This document shows positions 47,722 through 61,014 of a stretch of 64,000 nucleotides of DNA, one piece after another. Source of the DNA: Selaginella moellendorffii (lineage: Eukaryota; Plantae; Lycopodiophyta); the NCBI RefSeq assembly GCF_000143415.4, contig NW_003314292.1, positions 188,825-252,824 of the forward strand, read 5' to 3'. The number at the start of each line of letters is the position of its first letter. Position 1 is the first letter of the stretch. A model generated the notes under the pieces. It saw nothing but the letters and a program-made list of their open reading frames with translations. It was not told where the DNA came from and did not search any database. The translations under genes were made by a program, and so were the position numbers.

Positions 47722-49812
47722 TCAAGCCCGAGCTTTTCTATGCTCCTCCATCATCCGCTTTACTCTCTCCACTGCATCCCATCTTCCCGCCTCGGCACAG
47801 AGATTTGCCAGCTGAACGAGTGGTGCCGGATTCTCTGGTCTCACTCTCATGAGCTCCTCCGCAGCTCGTGCAGCGATTTCCACATTCCTGTAAGTTCTGC
47901 AAGCCGCCAGGAGGCTCGTCCACGCGATAACGCTGCCGGGAAACGCATGCTCCACCATTTTCTCAGCCGCTGCGATGTGTCCAGTTCTTCCCAGCAGATC
48001 GATCACACACCTGTAGTGCTCGTCGACCGGAGCAATCCCAAACTCATCCACCATGTCGAAGAAGTAGCCGAATCCATCTTGCAGGAGACCCGAGTGGCTG
48101 CAAAAGTTTAGGATGCTCGTGAAAGTCTGCTCGTGTGGCTCGCCTCCCTCGAGCAGCATCTCCTTGAAGAGCTCGAAAGCTCCACCGCCATCACCATGCT
48201 GACAAAATGCCGTCACCATGCTGTTCCACGACACGGTGTTCCTGGAAGCCATGCCGCGGAACATCTCCAGCGCCAGCGTCAAGCTCCCACACTTCGCAAA
48301 CATGTTGACGAGCCCGTTTTGCAGCGGCACCACCACTTCCAAGCCCCGGGAAACTATCCTCGCGTGGACTGCCCGCCCCTCGCTGAGATCTTTCGCTCCG
48401 GAGCAAGCTCCAAGAACGCTGGAGAAAGTGTAGATATCCGCCTCCAGTCCCTCCAAGTTCATCGCGTGATACAAATCCAGAGCTTCCTGCCAGTGCTCGC
48501 CTTGGACGTAGCCGGCTATCAGTGCGTTCCAGACGACCACGTTGCTGGAGCTCATCTTCGTGAAAGCGGTCATGGCGTGCTCGATCCCTCCACACTTTGC
48601 GTACATGGCGACGATAGCCGAGCCAGCGAGTCCATCCGGCTTGTCTCCCATCCTTGCGTGGATTCTCTCGCCTTCTTCCAGCGCTCCAAGGCTGGAGCAA
48701 GCTCCCAAGAGGCAGACGTGCGTGAAAGTATCCGGCTCGGCACCATGCACGTCCATCTCCTTGTACAAGCTTAGAGCTTGCGAGATATGGCCGTGTTGAA
48801 TGTAAGCACGAACGATGGCGTTCCAGGATCCAGTGCTCTTCTCTCGCAGATGATCAAACGCTGCCTTGGCCTCCACCAGGTTCCCAAACCGAGAATACAT
48901 GGTCACGGCTGTGCTCCCCACGAAAACATCCGCGCCATAGCCGCAAGAGATGGCCCTCTTGTAGAGCTTATCTCCATCTTCCAACGCGTCCATGTAAGTA
49001 CACGCCGCTAAAATGTTGACAAAGGTGCTCTCGTTGGGCTTGACACCATCAAGATCCATCTCCCAGAAGAGCTCCAGCGCTACTCTTGGACGACCGAGCT
49101 GGGAAAAGGCCGTGATGATGGCAGTCCATGAAACTACATCCTTTCTCCTCAAGGAATCGAAGATCTTCTTCGCATCGCCGAGCTTCTCACACTTGCTATA
49201 CATTCCTAGGATCGCAGTGCTTACGACGGTGTCGGTGTCCCAGCCGAGAAACACCATCCTTGCATGGATCTTCCTGCCGGTTTCTACGTCGCCCAAGTTC
49301 GAGCAAGCTCCAAGGATCCATAGAAAGGTGACCGAGTTTGGCCTGATACCTTCCAAGTCCATCTGGTAGCTTAGAACCAATGCCTCCATGTAATGCCCGT
49401 TCTGGGCATAAGCCGAGAGCATGATGGTCCACGAGTAAACGTTCCTGTCGATGAGCTTGTCGAAGATCTCTCGAGCTTTGCCCACGCAGCCACAGTTCCC
49501 ATACATTTGGATCAAATTGTTCCCCAGATATGTATCTTTGTCCACTCCAGACTCGGCTAGCTTCTTGTGGATCTCCATGCCCTTAGAGAGTGACTTTGAG
49601 AGGCCGCATTCTCGCAAAAGTCTTCCATAGCTTGCCGAATCCATCCTGTTCTCGTCGTTCCTTGTACCATCGGCTTCCGGGAGGATTGTTCTTGTTCTTG
49701 TTCTTCCAGGCGAAAGCTGGAACTCGACAAGAGCTTGCATCTCCTTCTCCTGCTTTGAAAAGCTCTCATGAGTTTCTGCGACAGCATGGCTATTGAGCTC
49801 TAGAAATACCAT
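47722..49812 (-). CDS. PLS-class PPR protein with E domain
   Basis: 696-aa intronless ORF; CSHSGLL..HYRCVIDLLGR..WTSLLAACR..GRWD. Confidence 0.92.
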   Translation of the reverse strand: MVFLELNSHAVAETHESFSKQEKEMQALVEFQLSPGRTRTRTILPEADGTRNDENRMDSASYGRLLRECGLSKSLSKGMEIHKKLAESGVDKDTYLGNNLIQMYGNCGCVGKAREIFDKLIDRNVYSWTIMLSAYAQNGHYMEALVLSYQMDLEGIRPNSVTFLWILGACSNLGDVETGRKIHARMVFLGWDTDTVVSTAILGMYSKCEKLGDAKKIFDSLRRKDVVSWTAIITAFSQLGRPRVALELFWEMDLDGVKPNESTFVNILAACTYMDALEDGDKLYKRAISCGYGADVFVGSTAVTMYSRFGNLVEAKAAFDHLREKSTGSWNAIVRAYIQHGHISQALSLYKEMDVHGAEPDTFTHVCLLGACSSLGALEEGERIHARMGDKPDGLAGSAIVAMYAKCGGIEHAMTAFTKMSSSNVVVWNALIAGYVQGEHWQEALDLYHAMNLEGLEADIYTFSSVLGACSGAKDLSEGRAVHARIVSRGLEVVVPLQNGLVNMFAKCGSLTLALEMFRGMASRNTVSWNSMVTAFCQHGDGGGAFELFKEMLLEGGEPHEQTFTSILNFCSHSGLLQDGFGYFFDMVDEFGIAPVDEHYRCVIDLLGRTGHIAAAEKMVEHAFPGSVIAWTSLLAACRTYRNVEIAARAAEELMRVRPENPAPLVQLANLCAEAGRWDAVERVKRMMEEHRKARA

Positions 49813-49946
49813 ACCTCGTTTCGAGCATTTGAGAGAACGTTCTATCCAACTCCGCCAGCTGAAGAAAGAAAACGATGAAACTTCACACAGAGAAAAAAGC
49901 TTCCCTCCTTCAAGTAAGATATCTTTCTTTTACCATCTTTCGAAAG

Positions 49947-51213
49947 CTACAAGCTCGCCAGAGAGCTTATTGTTCTAAAATCTGTGTGATCCGCGGGTAA
50001 TGGCTTGTTACCAGGTCGCAGCAAGATCACAGCTTGGAGCCCTGACAAGAAAAAAGGAAGAAGACCGGTGTTAAGCGACTTAAAAGGTTTCACATACCAG
50101 CTTCTTTCGCAGCCTGTGCTTCCTCAAGAACATCTGTTGCAAAAGTGACAAGCGATGGATCATCCACACCTACAAACTGGAAGATCTCTTTGTAACTCTG
50201 TGGATCCCGTTTGTGCCTGGCAAGCAAATAAGATGAGTACTTTTCTAGTTCCTATAGAGCACAATGATATACCCAATGCTTGTGTCGAAAAAACCACATA
50301 AAAACCGTCGCAAATCACCGTGCTGGGTGCTCGCAAATATCATCCTTTGTGCTTCGCGGCTCCCACTTGAGTAGATGTAAGTCTGGTGTGGAAATCCACA
50401 GTTTTTGAAGGAAAAAGAAAAAAAAAAAAGAGCTTCACTCTTTTACCTTTGTTCCTGACTGTTGCCATTGTTCCAGAGCGAGAGGAACATCATCGAAAAC
50501 TTGTCCTTTGAGTTCACCAGTGGTAAAACCTGTTCTCCAAATATGACCCTGATCCCAAACAACAGGAATCAGAAGAAACTCACAAAGTTACGTTGCTCTT
50601 TCGTGCCTGTAACTCCTTCAATGCGGGAACTTTGCGATCAGCATCGATCATACACTTGACATTTGCTACGACGGCGTCGATAACATCCTCCTTGGATGAA
50701 ACTTTTTCTGGAGGAATCAGTGTTGCTCCTGGAGAGCTACCTTGCTCGGCCAAGTCCTGCATTACCTGATCAAAGAAATGAAAGAGAAATAAAGTTAACA
50801 ACATCGAAGAAACTTGTTCTCGAGCAAACCTGGTCTCGGAGAAGCTGGATATCGCGCTGGGTCTCTGGGCTGTCAAATGTCGAGACCAAATGCTTGTGGA
50901 CATTGTTATAAGCGTAAGGAAACAAAACGTCCGAAACGAACGAGATTGGAGTGGTGGTTCCTTCAATGTCCAAAACAACCACGGCCTTGCAACACAAATC
51001 GAAGGATAAGAACACTACAAAGCGATCCAAAATGACAAAAAAACATACTGGCTGAGACTTTGCTGCGATGCTACAAGCCTTCACTCGAATCCTCTTGTGA
51101 GAAACTTTGATTGTGGGCCTGAGGCACTTGTAGCATCATAAATTTTGGTGAGGCAGCCACATTTACAAATTCTAGAGTACCTGATGAGTGGAGCTCCATA
51201 TCACACCAGCCAT
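49947..51213 (-). CDS. Enolase-phosphatase E1 (MtnC/Utr4-like, methionine salvage), multi-exon
   Basis: [24 protein letters not shown]; [15 protein letters not shown]; [11 protein letters not shown]; FFDT; [11 protein letters not shown]. Start codon tentative. Confidence 0.85.
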
Positions 51214-52099
51214 TTCTGCCCTAATCCGTTGCTAGATTATTTTAATATCACAATGGCCTTTTTTCGGCTATGCTGTAAAAGTAAAATTTTTGATTAAAAA
51301 TTGTAATTTTTAAAAAAATTTAAATATCATAATTATAAAAATAATATGGTAAAAATTCTTAAAATTTCAAAAGTTATCTTAAATTTTGATAACAAATGTA
51401 TAAAGTTGTTGTTAGCATTTTGGAATGCAATAGGTAAAAAAATTCTATGTTTTATTGAAAACTTCAATGCTTAATTAAAGATTTACAAAAGTTTTCTTAC
51501 CAAGAATATATCTATATCATTAATATTGAAAAATATATAATGTGAGGGCCAAGTGTATAGCTATGATGCCGTATATTAATATTACCGTAATGGGATTTTG
51601 GTGGCCGTCAAATTAATTTCAATCCAAACCACTCACTTTTATATATAAACTAGGGTTTTTGGGCTAATTAATATGTATATTTTTTGTATTCCCTTTCTGT
51701 ATTCCAAGCACTCACATTGGTGGAGGTGAAAGGCATTTTTGATTGTCCCTGAGGAGTGTTTAGATTTAGGATTTTAGTTTAGATCTAGCTTTTGCATCAT
51801 CTAGATCTAATTTTTTCCATTTCTTTTTTTTTTGTTTTTTCCTTTCAGGATTTTAATTTAGATTTAGCTTTTTGCATTGTCTAAATTTACCATTTCCTTT
51901 TAGCTTTTTGTCATTTCTCTTCTTTTGCTCTTTCTTTTTCATTCATCTTTATAGCAGATTAGCAATTTCCTCCTTTAACTTTAGAGCAACAGTTGGTACA
52001 ATTGTTTGATGCTATACGTTTGCAATTGAACAACCAAACTCAATTGATGGCAGCATTCATGGCATGTGGTACAACTCCTTTTGCTTTTGGTGCCAATCC

Positions 52100-55000
52100 T
52101 TGTGTTCAGCCGGAGGCGAGAATCCTAGGGATGATGTGTACCATTGGTTCGATCACTTCACAGTGATTGCCACATATCATTCTTGGGATGATGTTCAATG
52201 TTTACGTGAGTTTCCCACGTGTTTCCAAGGGACGGCATTGTAGTGGTATAATGGTTTGAGCGTAGCCACTCGTGGGGATTAGAGTGTTCTCCCAGACGTT
52301 TTCAAATGCGTTTGTGGACATGTCGACGACTGTGATGATGCCTTCTAACAATTGCATCATCTTTGCCATGAGTCATCTGAGTTGGTGATGCAATTTGGCA
52401 TTCGTTTCCGAAGTCTTTTACTTCGTGCGGAGCTAAATATGTCGGAGCGGATCAAGCTCGGAATGTTGTGGTTATCACTTCATCAAGATTTTGTCAAACT
52501 TGTGCATGCACTTGCTTTTGCCACCCTTGATGATGCTTTTCACTTGGCACAACATTATGAGATGTCGCCTCTTCCCCTTCTCACTACATGTCCTTTAGCT
52601 CCACTTCCTATGGGTGATGGTCATGTTCCAATGGAGGTTGATGCTGCTGTTGCTCGAGTCCAAGGACAAGGGCGAGGACGTGGTCGTGGCCATGATGTTC
52701 GTTGCTGAGCATGTGATGAAGTTGGTCATACTTATCAGTGTTGTTGGTGTTTTTCGGATTAGCGACCTCCATTTTCTGGGTGGAGACCTTGGCATCAGCA
52801 ACATCCTGTCAGTGGAAGGTCTAGACACCGAGATGCATCCAGGAAACGAGGAGTTGCGCGAGTAACGGAGGGACCTTGCGTGAATAAGTTAGTGACCCCT
52901 TCATTTTTTTTCAAGAGTATCATCAAGGGGTTTACTCGGCACTAGTTCATCCAATGTTTACTTTTCAAGCTTATTTTTATAACAAAAGGTCTTCTATTAT
53001 TCTCTCCATGTTGGTTGATATAGGTTCAAGTTTATCTTCTATTCCTCGACCTGTTGCCACATGTTGCCGTCTACACTTGTATAGTGCGGCGGAACCAATT
53101 TTCATTCTTTATGGCAACAGCCGTACATGTGCATGTGCACAGGATAAAGTAGACCTGGTTGTGCATGTGGGCGATCTCGAGCTTGAGTTGTAGTCATGGC
53201 AGGTGGTGCCGAGTCAAGCTTTTTATCTTATTCTTGGTATAGATTGGTTGCAGTGCAATCATGCCAAATGTGATTTTGAGGCTTCTCCCTTTTATCTCAT
53301 ACTTCCTTATGTTTTATCCATTTCTAACAATCTTTGTGTTGTAGTGGTTGATCGGCTTATGAAAGAATATTTTGATCTCTTTGAATTTGACCTATCGTCT
53401 GGGGCCAAGAATGCCACATGTCATCTGATTCCAACTGGGGGATACTCGTCCAATAGAGGTTCCTATTTATCGTTGGTCACCCAAGGAGATCAAAATTTTA
53501 CGTGCAAATGTCAAGGAGATATTGGAGAAGGGTGTTATTTAGAAGTTGTAAAGTTCTTGGGCATGTGAACCTCATCTTGTGACAAAGCTTGATGGGAGTA
53601 TTCATTTCTGCATCGATTATTTTTTGTTAAATGAAGTGATGATCCCATATGTGTACCCTCTTCTTCACACTGCTGATTTCTTGGATCGTCTGGGGCGAAG
53701 TCGTTGGTTCACCAAGCTAGATCTTGCTTTTGGATACTGGCAAGTACCGATGGCTGAAAAAGATATTCCTAAAATTGCTTTTCATACATCATTTGGTTTG
53801 TACAAGTTCTTGGTGATGCCATTTGGTTTGAACAATGCTCTAACAACTTTCCAGTGGATGATGGACGAGGTTCTTTGTGATATGCCAAATGTGACTACTA
53901 ACTTCATTGATGATGTCTTAATCCATTCGGAAGGGATGTGGGAGGAGCACATTTGTGATGTTTGTAAAGTGTTGGATCGGCTACGTGATGTTGGTTTAAA
54001 GCTGAAGTAGTTGAAATGCGTGTTTAGGTCCAAGAACACAACTTATATTGGGTACCATATTTTTTGTGGGGGTTTGCAAGTTGATCCTGACAAAGTTGTG
54101 GCTATTCTAAAGTTCCCTACTCCGAAGTGTGTAAATGATGTGCAACACTTGTTGGGCAAGGTGCAGTATCTCGATCGTTTTGTGGATTATCTTTCTGATC
54201 ACACTGCACCATTGCGAGTGTTGCTGAAGTCATTAATGTCATTGTAAGCAACTAAAATCTCCATTCTACTTTAGTCACTTAACCACACTTCCGACCACTT
54301 GGAGGAGTCTCACTCACAACCTCTATAGGTCCTATTTTGGACTTAGGGACTTGCTAGCCCCCCAAAATGGCATCCATGCCACTCAACCATTGCATTTGGT
54401 CCAAGTGCTCCACGTGTCTGATCCCATGATTGACACCCCAAGGTACCACTGACATATTAACCCATTACGCTAAGGCTATGCCCATTCACCTTGGTCACAT
54501 TGGTGGTTTGACACAACCTACATTACAGTTCTGTCTCTCAAAGATTGGGTCATCCATCTATGAGTAATCATCCCAGATCCACTCTTTAGCATCCTTAGGA
54601 TGCCCACAGACATGGGGAATAGCCTTCCCCAACATCCCTTTTCCGGTCTCCACCAAGTCCCTTTTTGCCCATGGCCGTGTTCCCTAACATTGCCACTAGA
54701 TCGACGCCCATAGGCAACCACTAAGTCCCATGGTCCTTTGGGACTTCCTCACCACCCGACTATATCCTTGGTCACTACCCCAAAGGACTACTCCTCTTCC
54801 TTTCCACAGTCTGGGCCTTTGGGACAACATTTCGAAACACCATGGCCCTACGTGGGCCTCATGGGTACTCTCCTTGCCTTCTGCCTTTGAGTGCTCAAAT
54901 GAGGTTCCGTTGAGCCACGCAAGGTATCCAAGTAGGTAGTGCCACCCACACTTGGACTGGGAGCATCGGCCAATCGATCTCCCGGGGGAACTAGAGCCGG

Positions 55001-57600
55001 CTCTTGAATACTTCACCAAGCTACCCCGCTTGTCAATCCGTATTCACTCTAGTCTTGGACTTCCTAGTGGTCAGTTCATCACCCAACACCTGGGTACAGC
55101 CTTCTTGGGCCAAACTGGCCTTTCCTGGACAAACTGGCTCCACTGCAGTCCTCTCCCTTATTATACTTTTGGAGCTCTCCAAACCCCCCAGGGTCTGGGA
55201 GACAAACGCTTTGGGCTTTCACCCTCTCAGACTCGAACTCGGATTCGGACTTGGACTCGGACTCGGACTTGGACTTGGGCTTGGGCTCGATCTCGGCCTC
55301 GGCCTGGGTCTCGGTCTCTGTCTCGGTCTCAGTCTCGGTCTCGGTCTTGATATCGACTTCGGACTCCATCTCGGGTCCATCTCGGACTCCATCTTGGACT
55401 CCATCTCGGGTCCATCTCGGACTCTATCTCGGACTCCATCTTGGACTCCATCTCGGACTCCATCTTGGGTCCATCTCGGGTCCATCTCAGACTCTATCTC
55501 GGACTCCATCTCGGGTCCATCTCGGGTCCATCTCGGGTCCATCTCAGACTTCATCTCAGACTCCATCTTGGGTCCATCTCGGGTCCATCTCGGACTCCAC
55601 CTCAGACTCCATATCAGACTACATCTCGGGTCCATCTTGGGTCCATCTCGGACTCAACCTCCGGTCCATCTTGGGTCCCCTTTTCTAGAGAGTCACTCAT
55701 GGCTCGCTTCGTGTTTGTTCCTCGAGCACTTTGATGGGAGTTCCACTCCCACTCTTGACCTTTTCAAGTTGGAGCTTTTAGTCCAAATGTGTTATGCTCA
55801 TTTGGCTTTCACTTCGGCCACTACCACGTGGCGCCCTTTCGGCTCCACTTTGGGGCCTAGGGATTTTGTGTCTCACAGTCATCTTTCATCTGGTCTTTGG
55901 ATTATGAGTAGGTGTTCCTGGATCTCAAAGAGCTATTAATGACTCGTCCGGTTTTAGTATATCCTGATTACACTCGATCTTTTATTTTGCGCATGGATGC
56001 TTTTGACATTGGTCTTAGTGTGTTGATGCAAGAGAGTTCGTGTGTGCTTGGTCAGTGCCATCCCATTGCATATATAAGCCATACAATTAGTAGAGATGAA
56101 CTATTCCATAATAAAGAAGGAGTGTTTAGCAATAGTCTCGGGTTTTGAGAAACTTTATGCATATCTACATAGTTCTCAGACATTACTTGAAGGTGACCAT
56201 GCTGCTGTTACTTCATTATTGAAGCGGAAGAACCTGGTTAGTCGTACTGCTTGATGGGCTTTAAAGCTTCAGATATATGATTTTGATGTTGTTTATCACC
56301 TAGGGAGTTCTATGGTTGATGGTAATACCCTTTCTCGAGCTCTTCTTTCTTTTCCACTTTCTTTTCCACTTTCTTCTCATGTTTCTGACGAATCTATTAT
56401 TCCAGCATCTGTGGATTTTCTAGACAAAGATTCAATACCATCGATGGTTGCTGTACTTGATGTTTAGTGTCCATAAGGCATAAAGCAAGATCTACCTTCT
56501 TTTGATAAAGTGATGCAAGATTTTCAAACCCATCTCGAAGCCTTCAAATCTATGGCTCAATCTTTTGAGCCTCGTGAACCTGTTGATGACTTGCCTTTCT
56601 GGCATTTACATTTTCAATATCACCTTGACGATGGCCTTTTTTATTTTGTGGGGACGGATCTTGATGATTATTTATAATTAGTGGTGCCTTCTATCTTTAT
56701 TCCGCAGTTTCTACATGCCTACCATGATTCTCTCTTATTCTAGGTGGGCATATGGGACATCGTCGTGTAACTGAGAAGCTACACAGGTCTTTCTATTAGC
56801 TAGAGATGTTACGTAATATTATCCGGTATATGCGTAGCTGCATTTGGTGCCAAACTCATAATACTCCCCTTTGTGTTGCGGAAGGACGGTTGAAGTTAAT
56901 TGCAATTTCCTATTCGTTTAAGTTGGTGGTGTTTGATCTTATGGGACCTTTTCCATAGTCGATTGATGGTAATGAGTATGTTATTATTGCTTCTGGCTAC
57001 TTGACTCGTTAGGTGGAAGTTGGTGCTCTTGCTAGCGCCTTTGCAACTGCTATTGGATACTTCCTCTTTAATCAAGTGGTGTTCTAGCATTCTTGTCTAG
57101 AGTGGATTCTTTCGGATAATAGTCTTAGGCATTTCATGTTTTGACGTCTCGGTTGGGGATACGTTACACTTTCACTAGTGCTTATCATCCATAATCAAAT
57201 GGTCTAGTGGAACGGTTCGTTCAGACATTCAAATGGATGATTGCGAAGTATGTGAACTTTTAGCATTCGGATTAAAATGGTTATTTGCCGTCTCTTCGGT
57301 ATGTATATGTCACAGGGGTGTAGAGTTCTGTTGGTGCTTCACCATATAAACTTCTATATGGTCATAATCTAATATTACCAACGGAGCTGGGTTTACCTTC
57401 ATGATTGCCACGAGCTACCGATACTAGGTCGTGAGATCAGTATTTGATGAGTATTCTTCCACTTGTTTGAGCAAAGTCTGCCAAACACTCAAGTTAGGTA
57501 TAAGTGGGATAATAATAACATTACAACTCTTATCATCATCCACCTACAGAGTACAAAATAGATGATTTAGTGTTAGTTTGTTTTCCCCATCTTATGGTAT
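52100..57600 (+). pseudogene. gag-pol remnant
   Basis: VPMEVD; LVDIGSS; RT FCIDY..LDLAFGYWQ..MPFGL..FIDDVL; RNase H near 55940-56340; IN AYHP*SNGLVER. Confidence 0.85.
54243..55877. mobile_element. Solo LTR
   Basis: TG...CA termini; perfect TSD GTCAT; same family as 11934 and 21635. Confidence 0.9.
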
Positions 57601-58002
57601 GTGGTTTATCTAAAAGGCTCCTTATGCAGTGGAAAGGACAATATCAAATGTTACAACAAGCATACAAAGGGATCAGGAGTAATTAATACCACCTACAGAT
57701 CTACCAATGACAAAACGATGCAAAGCATACAATGGACAGACCATTGTGAAAAGAATATCTCAAGAAAAGCCGACTTAAAGCTAAGATGGAATCTTTTGGT
57801 GGTGTCACCCGTGGTACAAAGGAATCCCCGAGCAAAAGATCCGAGGTTTGATTCCCAGGAAGATTATGCTTGAATGGATTTGCTGCTTTTTCATCAATGG
57901 TTTGAAGAATCTCACTTTGAAGTGCGTGTCCTCTGCGCCATCGCAAAAGAATTTCCACAGCCAAGTTGGGAGGAGAAATTTCCGCGAGGAAGCAAAGAGC
58001 CT

Positions 58003-58147
58003 GGAAAATTCTAGTATGTTCCAAGTAGCGGCGAAGGCGGCCACGTCATTGACTTGGTTTGGCCGGCAAGTTTTGTCCGTCGCATCGGAGCCCTTGGATG
58101 CCGTCCCCAATCGACGGCGCCTGTTCCATCCTCGCGTATTTATAAAT
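58003..58147 (+). promoter_or_regulatory. Polyubiquitin promoter: heat-shock-element-like array and TATA box
   Basis: gGAAa-aTTCt-aGTAt-gTTCc at 58003-58022; TATAAAT at 58141. Confidence 0.6.
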
Positions 58148-58220
58148 GGTGCGTCCATGCCCCAACCTCACCAGTTCTTTGATTCATTTTTTAGGGTTTC
58201 TTTGATTCTTTGATTTTTAG

Positions 58221-59372
<1,152 letters not shown>

Positions 59373-59474
59373 AAAGTTTGCTTGTATTCACAATTCCTTG
59401 ACTGATTCGAGCAAGGAAGTAGAATAAACTAGATTTCTTCTACACGAATTCTTGAATGGAAGAACAAGCTTGAT

Positions 59475-59690
59475 TTACACGTCTATCACGACTTGTTCCT
59501 TCGTTTTCTTCTTGAATGTCCTGTATCGCTTGTTGTTGATCTTTGTCCTCTCTGGTGGTGGCGGTGGCGGTGGCGGTGGCAGTGGCGATGGTGGTGATTG
59601 AGCTGCGGTTTTAGTGGCCTCTTGCTTGGCCAGTTCTTGCTCCTCTTCGGCCTTGGCAAACACATCCTTGAAAACCACTTGGGGAACGTA
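59475..59690 (-). pseudogene. 3' end fragment of an unidentified gene convergent with polyubiquitin
   Basis: Coding-like VVFKDVFAKAEEEQ..PPPPPP..EQVVIDV*; upstream runs into retroelement sequence. Confidence 0.4.
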
Positions 59691-61014
59691 ATAGTTTGTA
59701 AACCAAAAGAAGAATATCAACATGGCATTGCCATGCCTCCTCCTGACATTCCTCCAGATCCCGGCCCATATACAAAAGAATTTTGATGGTCTTTTATTAT
59801 TCCAAGAGGAGGAGGGCCAAATGTATAATTACAATGTTGTATATTAATATTAACATAGTAGGATTTTGGTAGCCGTCGAATTGGTTTCAATTTGAACCAT
59901 TTGCTCCTGTATATAAGTTTTTGGCTAATTAATATGCACATTTTATGTATTCCCTTTTTCTATTCAAAGCACTCACAATAATTAAAATGCTCTAAATTTA
60001 TCTATAAGCTTTAAAAAAATTTTTTTTAAATCACCTTAATGTGTCATTTTGTAAATCATGAGTGTAAATGAAAAATATTTTGCGAATGCAAATGTACTGT
60101 TAAATAAGAAATTAGATAATTATAGAGGTTCTAAATAATAACAATCTAATGGGTTGGGCTAATAATATTTATAAATAGCCTGCAAAATTGTATGATTAAA
60201 ATTCTCTTAACAATCTCCAGCTCCAGGAGATTGATGCACGGGCAAGCAAAGGACCATAGGATAAACGAAAGATGGTATTTTCACTTTTGTGATCTGGACT
60301 CTTTTCATCTAGATTTTTAAGTAAACATAAATGCACCATGATATGAGAACATTTCAAAAGCAAAGCAATGCTGTCATGAGCTAGCAAGATAAAATTCTGT
60401 GGTAGTGACATGGAAGTTCAGGGTTGGAGATCCTCTCTCAAATAACTTGAAGACTGGATTCTTCAATTGATCTTGATAACAAAAATCTTTCATTAATTGA
60501 GTTTCAATATCACATCAATGGAGCGAGGTGGTAAAGGAGACAGTCTAGAGAGCTTCATTGTGGTACTGCTAGATGATATTAGTGAGCAAGTTGACAAGTC
60601 AACTAACTTCATAGGTGGTATAAGCACGAAATCATACATGCGGTTTCTAGGTCCTGGCAACCGAGCATGATCATTTGTAAACAAATGATAGGTTCTAGTT
60701 GGGATGTTTGCAATCCAGAAGTTGATGTAGGGGTAGGCACTATTAAAGTTTTTTGATAAAGAAGATATGAGTGGTGGCATTTTCCCAAATCCTTCGATGT
60801 CAACAGTGGGAGCCGAATTAGGGGATGAAATTGCCATTCTCAACTCTTATATTCTACCAACAAAACTCAGTTTCCACAATCGATAGAATATATTAAGCTA
60901 GAGAACATGGAAAGCCATCAGAAAACTAAATTGATTAAATGATCAATTCTTACAATGATATCTTACATAGCAAATGAAAAGAAAATATTACTCAAATGAA
61001 TCAACTTAAACACA

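Noticed and set aside
25014-49796. Antisense and overlapping ORFs over the transposase, accessory gene and PPRs
   Set aside because: Shadow frames of real coding sequence with no recognisable motifs.
57797-57860. tRNA/SINE-like sequence (GGTTTGATTCCC)
   Set aside because: Imperfect B-box; no convincing A-box or cloverleaf.
60196-60843. Short ORFs between the 3' LTR and the CR-like gene
   Set aside because: No recognisable domain in any frame I read; possibly a decayed gene but unsupported.
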